DNA of 64,000 nucleotides. Origin: Eledone cirrhosa. Taxonomy: Eukaryota. Shown piece after piece: positions 38,430-54,480 of this stretch. Where the stretch lies: positions 14,198,001-14,262,000 of the forward strand of contig OZ024763.1 of assembly GCA_964016885.1 (NCBI GenBank). The letters run 5' to 3'. The notes under the pieces were generated by a model, which saw only the letters and a list, made by a program, of their open reading frames with translations, made no database searches and was not told the DNA's origin. The first letter of the stretch is position 1. Each line of letters starts with the position of its first letter. The position numbers and the translations under genes were made by a program.

Positions 38430-39595
38430 ATGTTCTTCCCCAATTCTGTATTTTGAAGTCCTTTCATTATTTTAAATATTTCTATCATGTCACTCGTTTG
38501 ATTAATCTCCTCCAAAGTTGTAATTCTAAGTGTTTGTCCTTGGTATAATGAACTAATGTTGATATTTTCAAGTCTTGACATTTATATGGAATAGTGTACC
38601 AATATTTAAATAGTCTTTATATTTTTATCCTGCTACCCTAAGATTTATCTCCTCTAAATTTACAAAAGCTTCACATTTCTTTCACAAGATAGATCCTTAA
38701 ATAATTATAGTGTTTTCCGTTTTCTTCTTCTGTGGGTTGCTTCAAGAGCCTCACCGTTTTTTCGGATGTCGATTGACCATGGCCCGAAACAATTTTCTCA
38801 GTGGTATCATACATATTCATCTAGAGTTTTAGATTTTTCAGCATTTAGCTAGGGAACAAAATGTTTTATTATTTCTATTATCCGTCTCCCTGTTTTGCTT
38901 CAACATGGTTAGCCATCTTTCAATTCATATTCATACATATTCACAATTCTTCTGTGAGGGGTACAAGAAGCTCGCTTTTTGCTTTCCACATTCGATACCA
39001 AATCATGCTTCCTTTTTATAATTTCGTTGTACGAATATAATAATTAAAGTATATATATATATATATTTCTTCAAAATAAGGTAAGACATATCCCGAAAAA
39101 TATTGTAAGGTGTCTCAATAATTATTCCATTTCAATCAATTTCTCATTTCAGTTTTCTTTAGCGTTATCTAAATATCTTGGCGTTGAAGATGTGTCCTTC
39201 TCATAGTAATTAGCTTGTCTCAAAATTGTTCGCAGTGTTTCCATGTTTAGTGTCACAAACTATCGTTAATTCAAGATTTTGCTCTAATGTAATAAATGTT
39301 ACTTTTAAAAGAGTGAAGCTCTCAATTTTTTCTTTCACTTGTATATTGATATCTAATGAATGACAAATGTACGTGTTATGTGATAGGAGAAAAAACACAC
39401 AGCCTTCTTCCTTCGCTCTAGAAGGCTAACTGACATTCTCGTTCGTAGGAGTGACAAGTAGTCGACAACTGAGCATCACCTGTTACTGCCTTTTATATAC
39501 CATGTTAACTGGAAAGACTTACCAAGTATGGATACACTCTCTCCTTATCAATATTGTCCGAGGCCGAGGACATTTTCTCTCTGGTTAAGGAGTGA
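38430..39595 (-). mobile_element. Degraded CR1-clade LINE fragment (unit U4)
   Basis: Paralog of 16300-17460. Confidence 0.72.
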
Positions 39596-39874
39596 GAAGA
39601 AATATTAGGGATCAATCTCTAGCAATAATTTAATTAAATTATATTTAACCAAAGCTGTTATGTCGTGGTTGTTGTTATATTTTATAGTCGTGGTTTCAAT
39701 GTTTATCAGGGGTTGTAGAATTATTTTTATCAAATTATTATGAAAAGAAAATGATGTATATATTGTCGTTGTACGTTGAAATCACATATATAGATTTATA
39801 TACACACCAAGGATGGAGGGAAGACGGAATTGAAAACCATTATTGCTGAGCACAACATTGCAGGATCAAATATA

Positions 39875-39911
<37 letters not shown>

Positions 39912-42141
39912 ATCAGGTATGACCATTGATGAATGTCCCTGCAGATCATCAAGTTGTAGCATGAAATCAACCCTAGAGAAATGATAAATTATATGAAGCT
40001 CGAGAAGAATAAAAATGAAAGTGAACCATTTTGAATTAATATCATTGGGAAAGCCATGGAGGCCACTACATCAATTTTTCTTTTAAATAGAAAGTAGGTT
40101 TATAAATTTTAATTTTGATAGTATTTTTGTAGTTGTCTCGGTAGCCTATTGGTAAGTGTTGGGACAGTGGTGATGCTGGTCTGGAGTTCAATCTCAGTCA
40201 GGAATCGCTAGAGAAATTTAATTTTTCATAAAATGAACGAAAAATAGAGGTTGCAGTAATCTGACTGAGATCGAACCCCAGACCAGCATCTCCATCACCT
40301 CTAATACTTACCACTAGTCTGCGGAGGCGGTTATAAAGACTCACTGAAAATTAATATTTATAAAACTACTTTTTCAATTTTTTATAAAAACAAAATTTCT
40401 GTACAAGGTTTTCATGTACACCTGACAGAGATCGAACCCCTAATCAATATCACCACTGTCTCTAATGTCTACCACTAGACCACTGAGACGGTTATGAAAT
40501 CGTAGTGAAAATTAATATTTATAAACTTACTTTTTAATGTTTTTTTATTTTAGAAGTGGTAAACTAAAAATTAAAAATACCCATAATGTAGAACCAGATA
40601 GAGATTAAACCCTAGACCAGGATTTCACCGTTTCTAATACATACCATTGGGCCAGAGAGAATGTACGAATTCGTAGTGAAAATTCATATTTATAAAACTT
40701 CATTTTGTTCGGAAGTAATTCAAATAAACTATTGTTTCTGACGATCCCCTAACAAGTTGAAAGCAGCGATTCTTTGCTTAAACTTTAATTTGTACTCATA
40801 ATAAATAAATAAACATATGTATTTATGTGTGTATACATGTATATGCGTTGCTTTGGTGCTATTTCTAGCATATTTATTGTTGTTTTTTATGAAAAATACA
40901 GAAACCGGAAGTGAAAAGATTGAAAATCTTTGGTCAAAATTCAGGCGAACTTTTTTAAACAAAAGGATTTTTTTTGTAAACAAACTTGAAATTTTTACCT
41001 AGAAACATAACTCTTGCCCGACTTAAACGCAAAAATTGATGCAAAAAAATTGCGTGTCTGCAAATTATAGGGACTGTACGAATTCGTTCTGAAAATTAAT
41101 ATTTATAAAACTACATTTTGTTCGGTTGAAAACTCGATGTAGTGGCGTTCATGGCTTTTTCGGGACGTCCTTGAATTCATCCCCCGAGGGGAATTCATAA
41201 AGTAAATCTAGACTGTATTTCTCCTTGCTCTAGGCTTGATTTGAACCTACAATAACTCCGTCTGCAATAATGTCATACGTCATTCCAGCTTAGTACGCCG
41301 GACCTGTAAATTGTTAAACGTGATTCCTCTATATACATACAAGTAAGATTTGAACCTACAATGCTGTGCTTAATTTCTATTAATAAGTGTGTTTTATAAA
41401 AGAAAGTAAAGAAACAATTTAATGAAAGTAAAAAATTTATTTTATTCAGTCATGGTTTTATTTTTATTTTATGTATTCACTTCATTAACTGCTGAATAGT
41501 TATCTTGCTTTTGTTTGTTCTTACCATTGTTTACTGTAAATGGCGACTGGATTATTACCAAGTTTTACTGGATGATGGCATTTCCTTATTGTATTATTTT
41601 GTTGTCAGTGGACATCTCTCTAAATACCTGGATTAAACATATGGTGCGTCTTTTACGTAACATTTCATTTAATATCTGATGTTCCAATGGATCACTTTTA
41701 AAATAAAACCAATAAAATGGACAGGTAGACTCCACCAAAAGAGACCACAGAGATGAGGTACGAATAATCTAAAATTAACTTTTAAAAAAAAGACAAATAT
41801 TAAAAAAAGGATTTGCAACAAACACGTAAAGACAATCACATCCACAATTTAATATCTGAAGATCAACATTTTTCACGATATAAATAAAACTAAATATGTA
41901 AAGTTAAGTGACCTCTCATTTATTTTCTCTAACTTTATTTTACTAATCTGTATTCTGTAGACATATATTTTCGTTGGTGTACATTACGATTTCGTTCGTC
42001 TTTAGATCTTTATTTCTTATAAAAGTTATAATACTCACCTCTTCTCATTATATTTTCATATAATTTAGAACTACAAATGAAGTCATTCTTTTCCTTTTTT
42101 CAAATATACCTAACTGTACCAAGGATTTCACACCTTTTCCA

Positions 42142-42182
<41 letters not shown>

Positions 42183-43112
42183 TTGGAAATGTGTAAATAT
42201 ATATATTTACTTCTACCTGGAGTTTCGACCGAGAGATAGTATCAGATTTGGAAAGACCAATGGAAAGATTGTTTCCTCACTCCGATTTGACAAATATCGA
42301 TCGAATGTCGATATATATACTCATACATTCATATTTATTCACTTCTATGTAAATATACATACATATATATTAAAAACACATGCCATATACCATCATCACG
42401 ATTGAGTAACCATCAGGACACATGCTTGCCAATGTGAACATTTTCACAGAGACACTTACAAAAACCGAACTTGCAACGCCACGTACACTTACATACACAT
42501 ATAAAACAGGTATGACTTATATAGGTACATCAAAGTTTAGGTTTCGCTATTGTACCATTCGAGGTAGTTAGAAAGAAGTACCAGTGTAGTACTGGGTCGA
42601 TTCTTCTTCTATATCTCTTTCTCAATTCCTTTCTCTCACTCTCTATCATTCCCTGTGAGACATCTGTGACCAGATCTGGGGTGGAGATGGGATCTGTCAA
42701 CTTTTACAAAATACCCGAGACACCCTGAATGTCAATGTGGGGCCTCTAGGACTCCCTCACAAGTTATAGGTCCCTACATACATATATACCAACATCAGAC
42801 AGATTCTTTATTTAGATATCTTTTACTCGATGATGTAAGACAAGTTTTCAGTGAGTCAGAAAGGAATATTTGTGATATGAAAGGAGAACCTCTCTTAATA
42901 AATATTAGATAGTTAAGATGCTACGTAAAGCAGGCGGTGACAACATCGAGGACCAGAGATGCCATGTGGAAATAGACATCGACATACATATATACAAAGG
43001 TAGGGGGACCTTATCATGATAGACACTTGGACTTATGAACACACACAAACATATTTATATATATATATATCGCTTCTGCACGACTAGAACTGTTTCATTC
43101 GCAAGAAATCAA

Positions 43113-43165
43113 GGGCTTTCCTGATGATTTCTTCCGAATGAAACGGTTCTAGTCCTGTAGAAGCC
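43113..43165 (+). ncRNA. Hammerhead motif, family 1 (unit U5 copy)
   Basis: gggctttcCTGATGAtttcttccgaatGAAAcggttctagtcctGTAgaagcc, with an inverted arm at 43072-43111. Confidence 0.7.
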
Positions 43166-43512
43166 ATTTTTATATTAAATATTATTTATTAAGTATTTAT
43201 ACCCTGCTATGTAATGAGTACCTTACTTACTGTGGTTGCCGCCGATTGAACCCGGGATAAACATATATATATATACGGATGCACAGGTGTACGGTGTCCT
43301 CAAGTTAACACTAAGGATTACGCCCGATGTCCCGTCACACATCACTACATCTTCGAGTAAATGTTGATTAGTAAACAAACCGTGTATCTCACATGTAAGA
43401 GGGAAAGCCATAGCAAGTGTTGAGGATGAGAGACGTGTGAAAATAATAATAATAATAATAATAGTGTTACAATTATTAATAGTAGTAGTTGTAATAATAA
43501 AGTGAGGCGGGA

Positions 43513-43703
43513 CAGTGGATTGGCAGTATCGGTAGAGGATCGGACACCATGCTTTGACGCATAGAGTTACGGCCCTTGTCATTCTGAGTTCAAGTCCCGC
43601 CGAGGTTAACTTTGCCTTTCATCCTTACGGGGTCGTTAAAATAAAGTACCAGTAATGCACTGTGATATTTGCTGGCCTTGTGCCAAAAGTAGAAACAATT
43701 ATT
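43513..43703 (+). mobile_element. SINE
   Basis: Family consensus, at the same right junction as the 15631-15823 copy. Confidence 0.85.
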
Positions 43704-44936
43704 ATAAATACTTATGTACACACAAGCTTACACGTATCTACACACATACGTACATAAACGTTTATAAATAAAAGACGAAGCTGATAAAAAGAACATATTA
43801 CCGTATCACGTTTGGAACGATACACTTGACGTCGAGTTCTTGATTCTGACCCCATCATCGTTTGCCGATACCATTATTGCACACATAACACAAGCTGCCT
43901 GTTTAGAAACAATATTTCCAGGCCGCCGGCTACTCACTCAGGTATGACAGTTGAAGGACATCAGCTGGTCGTTGGCTGAAATAAACCTAAAGAGATAAGA
44001 ATAAAAGTCATGATATATTTTCTGAAAACTCCAGAAAAGTAAAAACCAAGTCAACTCGTTTGTGGTATTAATAAGTCTGAGAAAGCCATGAACACCACCA
44101 CGTCAATTAAGCTTCTAAAATAGGTTTATATATATATATTAATTTTCAGTATATTTTTGTAGCCGTCTCGTTGGCCTATTGGTAGGTGTTAGAGACGGTG
44201 GAGATCGAAATTAGTAAAAACCCCTTATTTTATATAGATCCTGGCCATGATCGAAACCCAGACCAGGATCTCCACCGTCTTTCATACCTCCGACTAGGCT
44301 ACAGAGACAGCTTCAAACTAATATTAAAAATTAATATTTATAAACTTACTTTTTAGTATTGCTGTTACTAGAAAGGGTCGACTTTGTCTTTTTATTTCTT
44401 AACGCCTTAGTATTGATTTGAACCTACAATTACTTCGTCTGCAATAATGTTCACTAATTTCAAATCTGTCATAACTAAATCCTGTGTGCGACTTAGAAAT
44501 AAATTGTTAAATGTCACTTTTATATATTTACCAATGTAAGATTGGAACCTACAGTGATGTGCCTTGCAGTAATGTCCCGTAACTCCATCTAGATTGCACT
44601 AAGCTTGTATATTTCTTTCGTCCGAATAACATAATGGTTTCGATACCAGTTCGCTACTTGTACAAGAAATAATTTAAAGAAATTCTATATCCCCAGCTAA
44701 ATATTGAACTCCTAACGACATTTTATGTTATACCAATAACCCCATTACACACTGAACATCTAAGCCCAGAACACACATTTATATTTATAACTCAATTTCT
44801 AATTTTTAAATGATATTACACCACCTTTGTGTTCCCGGTCGATATCAATTTACAATTTTATAATTTTAGAGCAGAAAAATAGAGTACCAGTCATTTTATA
44901 GGTTCAATTTAATCGATCTGCTCTAAAATTATAAAA

Positions 44937-46028
44937 CTCCTCCAAAGTTGTAATTCTAAGTGTTTGTCCTTGGTATAGTGAACTAATGTTGATATTTTCC
45001 AGTCTTGACATTTATAGGGAATAGTGTACTAATATTTAAATAGTCTTTATATTTTTATCCTGTCTCCCCTAAGATTTATCTCCTCTAAATTTACAAAAGT
45101 TTCTCATCTTCCTTCACAAGACAGATCCCTAAAGAATTCTAGTGTCTTCTGTTTTCTTCTTCTCTGGGTTGCTTCAAGAGCCTCACCGTTTTTTCGGATG
45201 TCGGTTGACCATGGCCCAAAACAATATTCTCAGTGGTATCACACATATTCATCTAGAGTTTTAGATTTTTCAGCATTTAGCTAGGAAAAAGAATGTTTTA
45301 TTATTTCTATTATCCGTCTCGCTCTTTTGTTTCAACATGGTTCGCAATCTTTCAATTCATATTCATACATATTCACAATTCTTCTGTGAGGGGTATAAGA
45401 AGCTCGTTTTTTGCTCAACATTCGATACCAAATCATGCTTCCTTTTTATAACTTCGTTGTACGAATATAATAATTAACGTATATATATATATATAGCTGC
45501 TTATTAACTCTTTCCCGAAACATTTATTTCTTCAAAATAGGTAAGACATATCCCGAAAAATATTATAAGGTGTCTCAATAATTATTCCATTTCAATCAAT
45601 TTCTCATTTCAGTTTTCTTTAGAAATATCTTGGCGTTGAAGATTTGTACTTCTCAAAATTGTTCGTAGTGTTTCCATATTTAGTGTCACAAACTATCGTT
45701 AATTCAAGATTTTTCTCTAATGTAATAAATGTTACTTTTAAAAGAGTTAAGCTCTCAATTTTTTCTTTCTCTTGTATATTGATATCCAAAGAATGACAAA
45801 TGTATGTGTTATGTGAGAGGAGAAAAAACCCACAGCCTTCTTCCCTCGCTATAGAAGGCTAACTGACAATCTCGTTCGTAGGAGTGGCAAGTAGTCGACA
45901 ACTGAGCATCACCTGTTACTGCCTTTTATATACCATGTTAACTGGAAAGACTTACCAAGTATGGATACACTCTCTCCTTATCAATATTGTCCGAGTCCGA
46001 GGACATTTTCTCTCTGGTTAAGGAGTGA
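44937..46028 (-). mobile_element. Degraded CR1-clade LINE fragment (unit U5)
   Basis: Paralog of 16300-17460. Confidence 0.72.
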
Positions 46029-47301
46029 GATAATTAAATTATATTTAACCAGAGACTGTTATGTCGTTGTTGTTGTTATATTTTATAGTCGTGGTTCCAA
46101 TGTTTTTCAGGGGTCGTAGAATTAAATTTGTTTAATTATTATCAAACAGAACAGATGTATATATTGTCGTTGTACGTTAAAATCACATAGGATGGACGAC
46201 AGAATTGAAAACCATTATTAATGAGCACAACATTGCAGGATCAAATCTAACACACACACACATATATATATAGGATAATCAGAAATGATAAACTATATGA
46301 AGGTATATTTTATGAAAGTGAACCATTTTGAATTTTTAATATCATTGGGAAAGCCATGAAGGCCACTACACCAATTTTTCTTTTAAATAGAAAGTAGGTT
46401 TATAAATATTAATTTTGATAGTATTTTTGTAGCAGTCTCATTAGCCTATTGGTAGGTGTTGAGACAGTGGTGATGCTAGTCCGGTGTTCAATCTCAGTCA
46501 GGAATCACTTTGAAAACGAAATCTTTTTTTTTTTTTTTTTTTTTCTTCATAAAATAAAAAAAACTGTTCCAGGGAAGATTCTGATTGAGATTGAACCCCA
46601 GTCCCGAACATCCACCACCTCGAGCAACTACCACTAGTCCACCGAGACGGTTACGAAATCGTATTGAAAATTAATATTTATAAACCTACTTTTTCAATTT
46701 TTCATTTAAAAAAAAGTATTTAGTGTAGAACGGACAGAGATTGAACTCTCGACCAGAATCTTCACTGTCTCAAGCACCTACCATTAGGCCACAGTGACTT
46801 GCTACGAATTCGTATTGAAAATTAATATTTATAAACCTACTTTCTGTTCGGAAGAAAACTCGATGATACGGCGCTCATGGCTTTGTCGGAGAATTCATAA
46901 AGTAAATCTTGACTTTATTTCTCATCGCTCTAGGTTTGATTTGAACCTACGACGACTCCGTTATTCCAGCTTAGTACGTCGTACCCTTAAGTTGTTAAAC
47001 GTGATTTCTATATATACATGCATGTAAGATTTGAAATGTATATTATATTCATCAAATTTTAAAGGAAAATTATTTTTTATAGAAGAGAGAAAAGAAACAA
47101 TTTAATGAAATTAAGAAATTAATTTTATTCAGTAATATTATTTTTATTTTGTGTATTCACTTCATTAACTGCGGAATAGTTCTCATGTTTTTGTTTTTTT
47201 CTTACCATTGTTTACTGTAAATGGCAACTGCGACGAGACTGGATTGTTACCAAGTTTTACTGGATGATGGCATTTCCTTATTGTATTATTTTGTTGACAG
47301 T

Positions 47302-47482
47302 GGCGGTGGATTGGTAGAGGGTCGGACGCCATGCTTTGACGCATAGAGTTACGGCCCTTGCCATTCTGAATTCAAATCCCGCCGAGGTTAACTTTGCTTT
47401 TCATCCTTACTGGGGTCGTTAAAATAAAGTACCAGTAATACACTGGGTATTTGCTGGTCTTGTGCCTAACGTAGAAACAATT
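47302..47482 (+). mobile_element. Full-length SINE with TSD
   Basis: attattttgttgacagtg flanks both ends. Paralogous units (e.g. ~19457) have the empty site. Confidence 0.9.
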
Positions 47483-48210
47483 ATTTTGTTGACAGTGCAC
47501 ATCGGGACATCTATCTAAATACCTGGGATAAACATAAGGTATTTTACCTAATATTTCATTTTAATATCTGATGTTCCAATGGATCACTTAAAATAAAACC
47601 AATAAACAATACTGGTAGACTCCATATAAGGAACCACAGAGATGAGGGTCGAATAATCTAAATTTAATTAAATAAAAAAAGAATATTTAAAGAAAGACAA
47701 ATATTTAAAAAATGCTTTCCAACAAATTTTAGTCTGGTTTCGAATTCTAATTTTAAATACCCTGATCGCGTGTTCAAATCTGACCTAAGATTGTATATCG
47801 ATATTTTAAATACCATGATCGCGTGTTCAAATCTGACCTAAGTTTGTATATTTGATATTTTAAATACAATAGTCAATGGTTCGATTCTTAACTATGATTT
47901 TAAAGTGATTTTTTTAAAATTATTGCAATTGAAATATAGATTTTTAATTGATATACTAGGACTTTTTTTTCCATTTATTTTTTCATTTATTTCTTTCGAG
48001 TCGAACGTCTTTAAATCTATTTAAACGTCTTTATTTTTTAGGAACATCTCGCTACTTTAATTCAACCTCTTCGTGACGCTATTTAAAACGTTATTTCCTT
48101 GTAAACGCCTCCAGCAAAAAAATAATACAACCAAAATAAATGAACACAGCTCGTATATAATTTTATTTCATTTTATTAAACAGGAAAACTTACAAGGACT
48201 TAGTGTTTAT

Positions 48211-48595
48211 TCGGTGAATTGGCAGTATCGGTAGAGGGTTGGACGCCATGCTTTCTAGCATAGTTACGTCCCTTTACAGTCTGAGTTCAAATCCCGCCGA
48301 GGTTAACTTTGCCTTTCATCCTTACGGGGTCGATAAAATAAAGTACCAGTAATGTACTGGGTAGTTGCTGGCCTTGTGCCTAAAGTAGAAACAATTATTT
48401 TACATTGGGCGGTGAATTGGCAGTATCGGTAGAGGGTCAGACATGCTTTCTAGCATAGTTACGTCCCTTTACGATCTGAGTTCAAATCCCGCCGAGGTTG
48501 ACTTTGCCTTTCATCCTTACGAGGTCGATAAAATAAAGTACCAGTAATATACTGGGTAATTGCTGGCCTTGTGCCAAAAAAGTAGAAACAATTAT
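48211..48595 (+). mobile_element. Two tandem SINE copies
   Basis: Consensus cggtgaattggcagtatcggtag...ctgagttcaaatcccgccgagg...tagaaacaattatt occurs twice. Confidence 0.9.
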
Positions 48596-48604
48596 TTTAC
48601 ATTG

Positions 48605-48925
48605 ACCAGGTTGAAAGGACTGAAGACAGACACTTTTCTCTTCGGCCAATCCCTCATCAACTTTTTCAAGTTTCACTTGGAAAGGAAGGTGAGGGCCGAG
48701 AGAGAAATGCTTCCCTGGTGCTCTCGAAGCGTCGGGTCGTTCAGGATTGGTGGGGTACCTAAGTGAACCCTGGGTGGTCATGCCCCCTATTAGGGAATTT
48801 TTCTTGTTACTTTGTTATTGTTATTTATATTATTTACACGTTGTTTATGTAAACCCTCCCCCCCACTTTCCCAGTCTTTTGTATTGTCCCCTATATGTCG
48901 GCCCTTGTGGCCAATACATGAAATC
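48605..48925 (+). mobile_element. 3' fragment of a Tx1/L1-clade LINE
   Basis: TRLKGLKTDTFLFGQSLINFFKFHLERKVRAERE aligns with [35 protein letters not shown] of the 50957 ORF. The 3' UTR end is similar and the TSD is attattttacattgac. Confidence 0.85.
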
Positions 48926-49267
48926 ATTATTTTACATTGACGCAATACATATGTTCATGCATAGAGTATACCCCCCCCCCCCCCCAATATATATATATAT
49001 ATATAATTCAGATGATAAAAGTTGGTTGATCGTATAATCGGCCGACTTTTTTGTAAACAACCGTAACGCACTCTACGATTTGTATTGCTTAGGGTTTTCT
49101 CGGTAATGTGTCAACCGGAGTTTCAATATAATGAATAAGAGAGACGTTTATGTACGAATAAAACCGTATGTATATATGCATGTATATTTATGTATAAAAT
49201 ATATATGTATAAATGTATATATCATCATCATCATCTTCGTTTAACGTCCGTTTTCCACGCTAGCATG

Positions 49268-49310
<43 letters not shown>

Positions 49311-49689
49311 ACGAAAGAGATAGGCATATATGTATATATATATATATATGACACATTTACCTATCTCTTGCTCTCTTTTTAAATATGCTCTTACCCTTCC
49401 CATTTCAGAAAGACTTGAGATGAGAAATTAATAATAAAAAATATTCAGCATTCCTGTTGAGCGGTTCTCGATAAGCCAGCTTGGTGAAAGGAACGGTCAT
49501 GTTTCTATCTTATTGCAACTCCTCTGCGAAGCATATTCACTCAGCAAGGTGACCTGACTAGGAATGACCTGAAAAATATATATAAGAAAACAGTAAGAGA
49601 ATAATGATCTGACTACCCGCGTGAGTGCCAGTGTGTACTAATACACATATAGAAACAGACAAACCCCAGGAATGCAAAAGTCCTGGAGT

Positions 49690-50630
49690 AATACTAAATT
49701 ATAAAATTAGTAGATTTGAAACATTATAAAAATATTAAATTTTAAACATTATAAAATATACTAAATCATAAAATAAATAAATTTGAAATATTACAAAAAT
49801 ACTAAATTATAAGATTATTAAATTTGAATCATTATAAATATATTAAATTATAAAATTAGTAAATTTGAAACAATTCAGAAATACTAAATTATAAAATCAT
49901 AAAATTTTCAACATCATAAATAATACTAAATTATAAAAAAATTAAATTTTAAACATCATAAAAAACACTAAATTACATATATTATTAAATTTGAAATATT
50001 ACAAAAATACTAAATTATAAAATTAGTAGATTTGAAACATTACAAAAATAAAGGAGGTATGTTTAGTAAGCGACGAGCTAAGTTTGAAATTGTAATAGAT
50101 ATAGAAGCTTCGGCGTAACATTTGACCAAATATTATAGTCTAAAAATTGGGCATATAAAACCACTGAACTGGTGCAATTACCCACCTATTACCGTTCACT
50201 GGGTTTATAAGTCCCATTTTTAGACTAAAATATTTATTCAAATTTTATGGCGAAGCTTCTATTTCTATTTCAATTATAAAAAGGCTAAGTTACAAAAAAT
50301 TATTAAATTTGTAATATTATTATATTATAAAATAAAGTACCAGTAATACACTGGTTATTGCTGGCCTTGTGTCTAAAGTAGAAACAATTATTATATTATA
50401 AAGTTTGTTAAATTTACAAGATTATTAAATTATAAAATTAGAGAAATTATTAAATTTTCGAAATTATGAATTATAAAATTATAAAAAAATACTGCATTAT
50501 AAAATTAGAATATTAGAAAGTTTATTAAATTACCGACATTAGGATTTATAAAATTGTTAAATTTAAAGCATAAATTAAATTATAAAATTTACTGAATTAT
50601 GATATTTGTAAAGTTATGTAATTATAAAAC
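49690..50630. repeat. AT-rich ~39-40-bp tandem repeat (actaaattataaaattagtaaatttgaaacattataaaaat), interrupted and degenerate distally
   Basis: Repeated units at 49690-50050 and degenerate units at 50285-50630. Confidence 0.85.
50085..50278. mobile_element. MITE-like ~200-bp imperfect hairpin element
   Basis: aatagatatagaagcttcggcgtaa..tagtctaaaaattggg..aaaccactgaac is complementary to gttcactgggttt..cccatttttagacta..ttatggcgaagcttctatttctatt. Confidence 0.7.
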
Positions 50631-50667
50631 TTGTAGAAAAAAATAATACGATAATATGGTTTTCAAT

Positions 50668-52633
50668 ATATAGATAGATAGATAGATAGATATGTTTCTT
50701 TTATTTGCCACTAGGGCATCAAAAGTGGGACAAGTACAAAGGGAGGAGTTTACACAAAAAGGCGTCCTCAATAAGGAGGAGGCAATAACAAAATATAAAA
50801 ATAAAATAAGATATAACAAAAAATAAAATTTTTAACAAAATCCTCAATAGAGAGGAGGCGCCTTGGGGGGTCGCACACACCCCCGAAAAAAGTGTGCAAC
50901 CCTTTTCCTCAGGAGCACAGAGAGGGGGTGCTCCCTCGTTCCTTTCTCTTTTCCACCTACAGGCTTATGTAAAGAGAAGGCCCATTCACACGGGCCATTC
51001 TCGCCACTTTCACCCACCTTTCATAAAAACGACTGGGGTGCAGCACCTCTCTCTCCATCCTGATCCTTCTTCCGAAATGATATCGGAAGAAACGGACCAG
51101 TTGTTGGCCAGAGAGAAAGGTGCCTGACCTCAGTCCTTTCAGACGCGTCCACCATACAACCTCTTTCGCCATGGCTATTACGCACAGAAACACCGCCTCT
51201 GCTTCATCTTTGAAGGGGGGAGGCGGCTTGATCATTACAATAGACTCGGTGGTCAACCGGATCGGTCCCACCCTTGACAGCAGTTGTTCGACATAGCCCC
51301 ACAGATCGGCTACACCCGAGCAGTGTACCAATGCGTGTGCAACGGTTTCCTCGTCGCACACGCATCTGGGACAGATCTTTTTGGCGGGGTCCCTACCCGG
51401 GCGCCCGTGTCTGTAGAGCCTTTCTCGAACAGGTAAAGCCCCTCGGTAGCACTGCCAGGCCAGGGACTTCTGGAAGTTGTCCATAGGTCCCGGGCTGAAT
51501 GTCCTACCGAACAGGCTGGCCAGTTCGTCCTCCTCCATGTCTAGGGCTTCTCCGAGGGCGTCGTCGCACCTGCTGCGTACCAGCCCTCTATAGAATGTTG
51601 CGGTGGAGTCTCCACTGATAACCGGATCCGCCTGCCAGAGGGCGGTGAGCGCCTGGGCACACTCAGTGTGCCAGGCGCCCAGTTTTCTCGGTCTTTGCTT
51701 GACCCAGGATTGCAGCTCGGTGAGTGAGACGAGTCTGGGAAAGGTTCGTCTCACAAACGAGGCCCACACCGGTTGTCCGGTGAGGAATACGTAGAGGTGC
51801 CGTAGCCTTAATGCGTGTTTACGCATCATTAGCCACGGCATCCCCAGCCCTCCTTTCGAAGGGTGTTGACAGCAGATGGATCTCCTCACCATAGGAGCCC
51901 GCCTCTTCCAAAGGAATTGGAAGAGCGCGCGCTCCATCTTGGTGAGGGTTTCCCTTGGGCAGGGCACTACGGTCAGGCGGTAGTAGATGACGGACGCTAT
52001 ATAAGTGTTCGCCACCTCCGCCCGCCCTTTCAGGGATAGTTTGCAACTGGCCCACTTCTGGGTCAGTGCAAACACCCTGTTCGTAACCTCCGCCCAGTTT
52101 TTCTCCACCTGGAGGTCCGGTCCGAACCAGACCAACTTCACCGGGCCCTCCGTCCAGCGTCCGACGACGCCATCGGAGGGCATCGGTCTGCCCCTCCACG
52201 TGCCGAGTTGCAAACCGATCGACTTGTCCCGGTTCAGCTTAGCCCCTGTGAACTTTTCGTACTCCTCCAGTAAGGTGCCAACCGCCTCGATTTCGGAGGC
52301 CGTCGACACCATTACTGTCACGTCATCGGCGTAGGCCGTCACCGCTTTCCGCAATCCCGGTTCCAAAGGGATGCCCTGCAACAACTCCAGCTTCCGCAGT
52401 AGTGGCTCGAGAGTCAACACATACAGAAGGGAGGAGAGAGGGCACCCTTGTCGGATGGACCGCGCGATTTTGAACGGCTCCGAGAGGTAGCCGTTCACCT
52501 TGACCCTAGAGCAGATGCGGCTGCTGTGCATAGCAGTGATCCAGCCCCTGAAAATGGGTCCGAAGCCTGCCGCCGCTAGCACCGCATCCAGGTAACCATG
52601 GTCGACCCTATCGAACGCCTTAGATTGATCCAA
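50668..52633 (-). mobile_element. 5'-truncated Tx1/L1-clade non-LTR retrotransposon
   Basis: RT ORF plus ~270-bp 3' UTR ending aataaaagaaacat(atct)n. Visibly more GC-rich than the flanks. The 5' end abuts the (TA)/(TAGA) tract. Confidence 0.92.
50957..52633 (-). CDS. Partial ORF2: reverse transcriptase plus C-terminal CCHC zinc finger (no endonuclease, 5' truncated)
   Basis: [26 protein letters not shown] and CPRC[11 protein letters not shown] motifs. No genuine start codon. Confidence 0.9.
   Translation of the reverse strand: MDQSKAFDRVDHGYLDAVLAAAGFGPIFRGWITAMHSSRICSRVKVNGYLSEPFKIARSIRQGCPLSSLLYVLTLEPLLRKLELLQGIPLEPGLRKAVTAYADDVTVMVSTASEIEAVGTLLEEYEKFTGAKLNRDKSIGLQLGTWRGRPMPSDGVVGRWTEGPVKLVWFGPDLQVEKNWAEVTNRVFALTQKWASCKLSLKGRAEVANTYIASVIYYRLTVVPCPRETLTKMERALFQFLWKRRAPMVRRSICCQHPSKGGLGMPWLMMRKHALRLRHLYVFLTGQPVWASFVRRTFPRLVSLTELQSWVKQRPRKLGAWHTECAQALTALWQADPVISGDSTATFYRGLVRSRCDDALGEALDMEEDELASLFGRTFSPGPMDNFQKSLAWQCYRGALPVRERLYRHGRPGRDPAKKICPRCVCDEETVAHALVHCSGVADLWGYVEQLLSRVGPIRLTTESIVMIKPPPPFKDEAEAVFLCVIAMAKEVVWWTRLKGLRSGTFLSGQQLVRFFRYHFGRRIRMEREVLHPSRFYERWVKVARMARVNGPSLYISL

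Positions 52634-54480
<1,847 letters not shown>

Larger units (their letters stand above)
28340..42045. repeat. Segmental duplication copy B
   Basis: Collinear with copy A: exons, 24-mer array, RTE, SINEs, Penelope-like element and unit U1/U4. Confidence 0.95.

Noticed and set aside
51274-52334. Plus-strand and alternate-frame ORFs inside the LINE
   Set aside because: They are shadow ORFs of a GC-rich RT coding sequence.
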